From Setoptus koraiensis (taxonomy: Eukaryota; Animalia; Arthropoda), in the NCBI GenBank assembly GCA_048013815.1, contig CM106585.1, forward strand, positions 22,072,001 to 22,136,000: a stretch of DNA of 64,000 nucleotides, read 5' to 3'. The notes under the pieces are model-generated. The model was not told the DNA's origin. It saw only the letters and a list, made by a program, of their open reading frames with translations, and made no database searches. The translations under genes and the position numbers were made by a program. Shown here piece after piece: positions 60,283 through 64,000 of the stretch (within the stretch, counting starts at the first letter, position 1; each line of letters opens with the position of its first letter).

Positions 60283-62894
60283 GATTACGACTGAAGCATC
60301 GTTTGTATGGCTCGTTGGTGCACACGAAGCTGAATGCGTACGTCGGATGTTGATGATTTCTGTTGATGTTTCACAATGGTTCACCAATGATGATCACACA
60401 ACTCTTAGCTCTTGGTGGCTTCGCTTAAATCAATTGAGCGTCTCAATTAATACTTATCGACTTATTGATGATCAATTTGGTGTGTGGCTCGTGTGTCGCG
60501 GTTAAATCTTATTGATAAACTTTCAGTGGCAACGATCAAAACACATGGCGCCGGGCTGAGCTGCCGACTGCGTCGATGACAAATTATCAGACGCTTTTTT
60601 CTTCTTCTTCTTCTAAAAGAATTCCAATCATTCACCTGTTGTCTGCCTATTGAATGGATCACGCCAACGAGACCTTGATGAGCGAGTGTCGGAATAAAAG
60701 TATAAAGTTTACACAACAACGACGACGAGCAACAGCAACAGCAACGGCAGCAACAACAACAACAACAGCAACAGCAGCAGCGTCAATAACGACGTCGAAT
60801 GCACGCAAGAACCTCAGAGTCGTTGCTGTCTGGAAAAATTGAGTGTGTCTAGTCAGTTTGAACGGATTGGATGATTGTTGCAATGTTAGATCAGTATTGC
60901 AGGTGTTTCTGTCATTACTGGTACAATAAAATAAATTAGGTGTGTCGGTTGTTGACTAATGCTGACTATCACTGCCGTATTAGCTTGATGTTTTAGCCAA
61001 ATTGAAAACCGCTGAATGCTAACTATGGTTCAGCGCCGGTGTTTGTGTGGTCGTTTAGCGGCTTCTCATCAGCTCTTTGGGATGTTATGGGATATCGGAT
61101 ATTAGCTTGATATTAGCTGGATATGTTTGTTTGTTTGTTTATTTGTAGTTATTATTAGTATTTCGATTCTGTGTGTGATTTCAGTCGACGACGATGAAGA
61201 TAGCGCGAAGAAATGATGATATGATAGGCATCTGGTGCTATCAAAGTAGACGTTTGTGTGTATGTGCGGCACTTTTATTAATTTGACATTGAAATTTTTG
61301 TTCTTGTAACCTGACTGACTGAAACAACAACAACAGCGGCAGCAGCAACAACAACGACGACGACGACGACGGCATCATCACCATCAGCGCCAGCAACAAC
61401 AGCAACAATAGTGGTACTTATGATGATGATGATGGTGGTGGTGGTGCTGGTGGTTGCGAATAACAACTTGTTGTTGCCGAGCTAGCTTGATAATAAGCGC
61501 ATGCAACACTATCTGGTTGTGCGACGCCAACTGCTAATTATACCGCTTCTTCTTCTTCTTCTTCCACTTCTTTGCCTGGCATAACTTTGACTTTCGTGTT
61601 CGTTTTCGCTCTCACTTTCACTTTCACTGGCTCAGTTTGAGTTTAAATCTCTGAGTTTTAAGTCTCTCGCTCTGAGTTTGTTTGTGTATCCAAATATCCA
61701 CTCTCAACATTCTTACTGTGCATTCGACAACTGAGCTGCTGCCCTCTATCATGCTCGCCACTAGATAAGCGAGTCGACAGGTGAATTGCAACGCGCCTCT
61801 GTCAGTGTATCCAGTGAGCGATGATCTAACTTCGCAGCGGCACATCTCCTCGACTGTTGGCACCAGCCAGCAGATTAAAATTCCTATTACCGCTGCTGCT
61901 GGCTATGCCCGACCATCTCCGACTGTGCCTGCCCATACCTAGATATACCTAGACATACCTAGCCTTACATTGGCTCGCCATGATGGCCGAGCAGCATGAT
62001 AGCTGCCGGATTATTGCCCGCTGCCGGGGACCCTACAAACAAACAGACAAACGAACGAACGACGAACGAGCGAGCGAGCGAACGACGAACGAGCGAGCGA
62101 ACGAAACAAAATAACGCAAGCCAGCCAACCAAATTATATCTGGTTACGAGCCAAGTCGCTATCAGGGGAGATCCGCTGAGAAGCTACTGCCTGCGAGACA
62201 ATAATATCTCTTGTTGCGTTAGACGTTGTTGGTGGAGGCGCAATGGACACACTGCGCGCTGTCTACGAGACTCTGCCGCTGTTGTTGCTGCGCCCTCCTT
62301 GGGGGTGGCGCCCAGCTCGATGGGAGTCGCCCCGTCGGCAAGCCGGCTGCCACTTGTTGCCAGTGCTGAGAAACAATCGCTAATGTTTGTTTTAAGCGGC
62401 CACTGGCGCGAATAATCAGCAAACAACAAGCGAATTCGCACCACGATCGAGAAGAACGAGCGTCTATTCTGCGAGCACGAGCTACGCTATCTCTCTCGCA
62501 ATCTCGGCTCTCAATCTCGCAATCTCAGCGCTCACATCGTACCAGTGTCTCGCTCTTGCATCGCTCAGCCTGACTATACTCAAACTGTGGGCCGCGAAAG
62601 AACGAGCAGCCTCGAAGCCGAGTATTATCCGAGGCTTGCAAGCTGCAACAAACACCGTGTGTAGGCTTGCCGGGCCGCGCAATACGCGCCCTGGCTCGTC
62701 TCAGAACGCGAGACGCCCGCGTACCTGAGCCAACCACTTCCTTTTACGTTCTGTCGACGTTATGGGGACATGCTCGCAGAAGACAAACGCTTGCGATATC
62801 GCAGTGTCTCGCTCGACTCAGCGGGGGCGACAAACCCGCCACCGGCCGACACACAGGTGAGCTGAGACGAGAATAACAATGGAGCGCGAAAATA

Positions 62895-62944
62895 CTTTTG
62901 TGCGATGCTTTTGTGCGATACTTTTGTGCGATACTTTTGTGAGA
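62895..62944. repeat. 13-bp tandem repeat (CTTTTGTGCGATA) x3.8
   Basis: Units at 62895, 62908 and 62921, plus a partial unit at 62934, read directly. Confidence 0.9.
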
Positions 62945-64000
62945 CAGGGCCAACAAGACACGCAGACAGTTGTTTCAGTCTGACTTTTGATCGTTCGTTC
63001 GGGTCATTTCGACAACGGCCGCGCAGATACTGCGACAAGTTGGCGAAACAATTGCCGACAATTGTAATTATTGTGTTATTCTAATTCCAATAATTCCGCG
63101 TCGTTGTTTGTCTGTCCGACCGTCGAGTCGGCTCACGATTACATATTCGGCTTGTATGCTATTTATCATATTGGCACTTATATAACTTTATATCAGTCTC
63201 GCTTCTGATTAGCTCTTGTGGGCGCTCATTAAGTTTAAGTGAGCAAGTTGTTGTTGCTGCCGCCGCCACCATCATCATCATCTAGAATCATCGTCGTAAA
63301 CGGCGCCCTGTAAGTGCCGGCCGGCGAGATAATGAGAAAGTTGTCAGTGCCAATTGCATTATAGATCAAGAGAGACTGTTGGCAGCGGCCAATCAGCTGG
63401 TGTTGGCCGGCGCTTAAAATTGAGAATTGGTTCGTTGATTAGTCTGCAGTTACGTTATCATTACGTCACTTGTGACTGTTGTATTGAACGAACACAGAAA
63501 CTCTTAAAACGAATGAATTCATTTATATTTCAAACTGACACTACAGTTAAACTAACGGACGTGCTCTATCTCATCATGCAAAAGCATAACGTTCGCCCAT
63601 GACGTTTGCCCAGCTCACCTGTGTGTGCTCGCTTGTATTTGCGGATAGTTGAGAATGCAATCAACATTGTCCATGGCTCACTCATCTCGCTCTGTTGTGT
63701 TGGTATAAAATATAAAATAAGCCAGTTTGAGTTTATCTCTTTCTTCTTCGTCTTCACCTGCGACTCTCGTGTTGCTCTATCCTGAGCGCTTATTCCAGCT
63801 TGGCCAGCGACCAGCAGCGTGCAGTATGAATTGTTCTCACCACAGTCTGTGCATATTGTATATGTGGTTGGATAAAAAGAGACAGATCAAGCGAGAGAGA
63901 GAGAGAGATCAAGTTTATTGCATAATGAGAATAATAATAATCACACACATACACACACTAAACAGTGCGCTGATTAGGCCTGTCGCATGTCAATGATGCA

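Noticed and set aside
1-64000. tRNA, rRNA, snRNA, conserved miRNA, CRISPR array or intact transposase/RT ORF
   Set aside because: None recognised by eye. An Infernal/tRNAscan search would be needed to exclude divergent RNAs.

Overview
Eukaryotic (arthropod) genomic DNA with no prokaryotic features. Tight gene packing, several normally intron-rich genes present as single exons, short GT-AG introns and a chelicerate-type secreted protein suggest a compact mite genome, possibly eriophyoid; this is inference. Genes in order: GET4, a small Cys-rich secreted protein, FoxC-type forkhead factor (2 exons), intronless Med13, KCTD5/insomniac-type BTB protein, a TRAF-like RING/zinc-finger protein lacking a MATH domain (5 exons), protein 4.1/coracle (3 exons), an orphan two-TM protein with two PPxY motifs (2 exons), spermine synthase, a tandem array of three unrecognised signal-peptide paralogs plus a pseudogene fragment and repeated TATA/Inr promoter cassettes, a flavin monooxygenase, and a double-domain heme peroxidase (8 exons) whose first domain looks catalytically dead. 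The best candidate for an undescribed system is the 41.9-47.7 kb tandem secreted/membrane family. All splice models were derived by hand and checked for frame and phase. No database searches were run.
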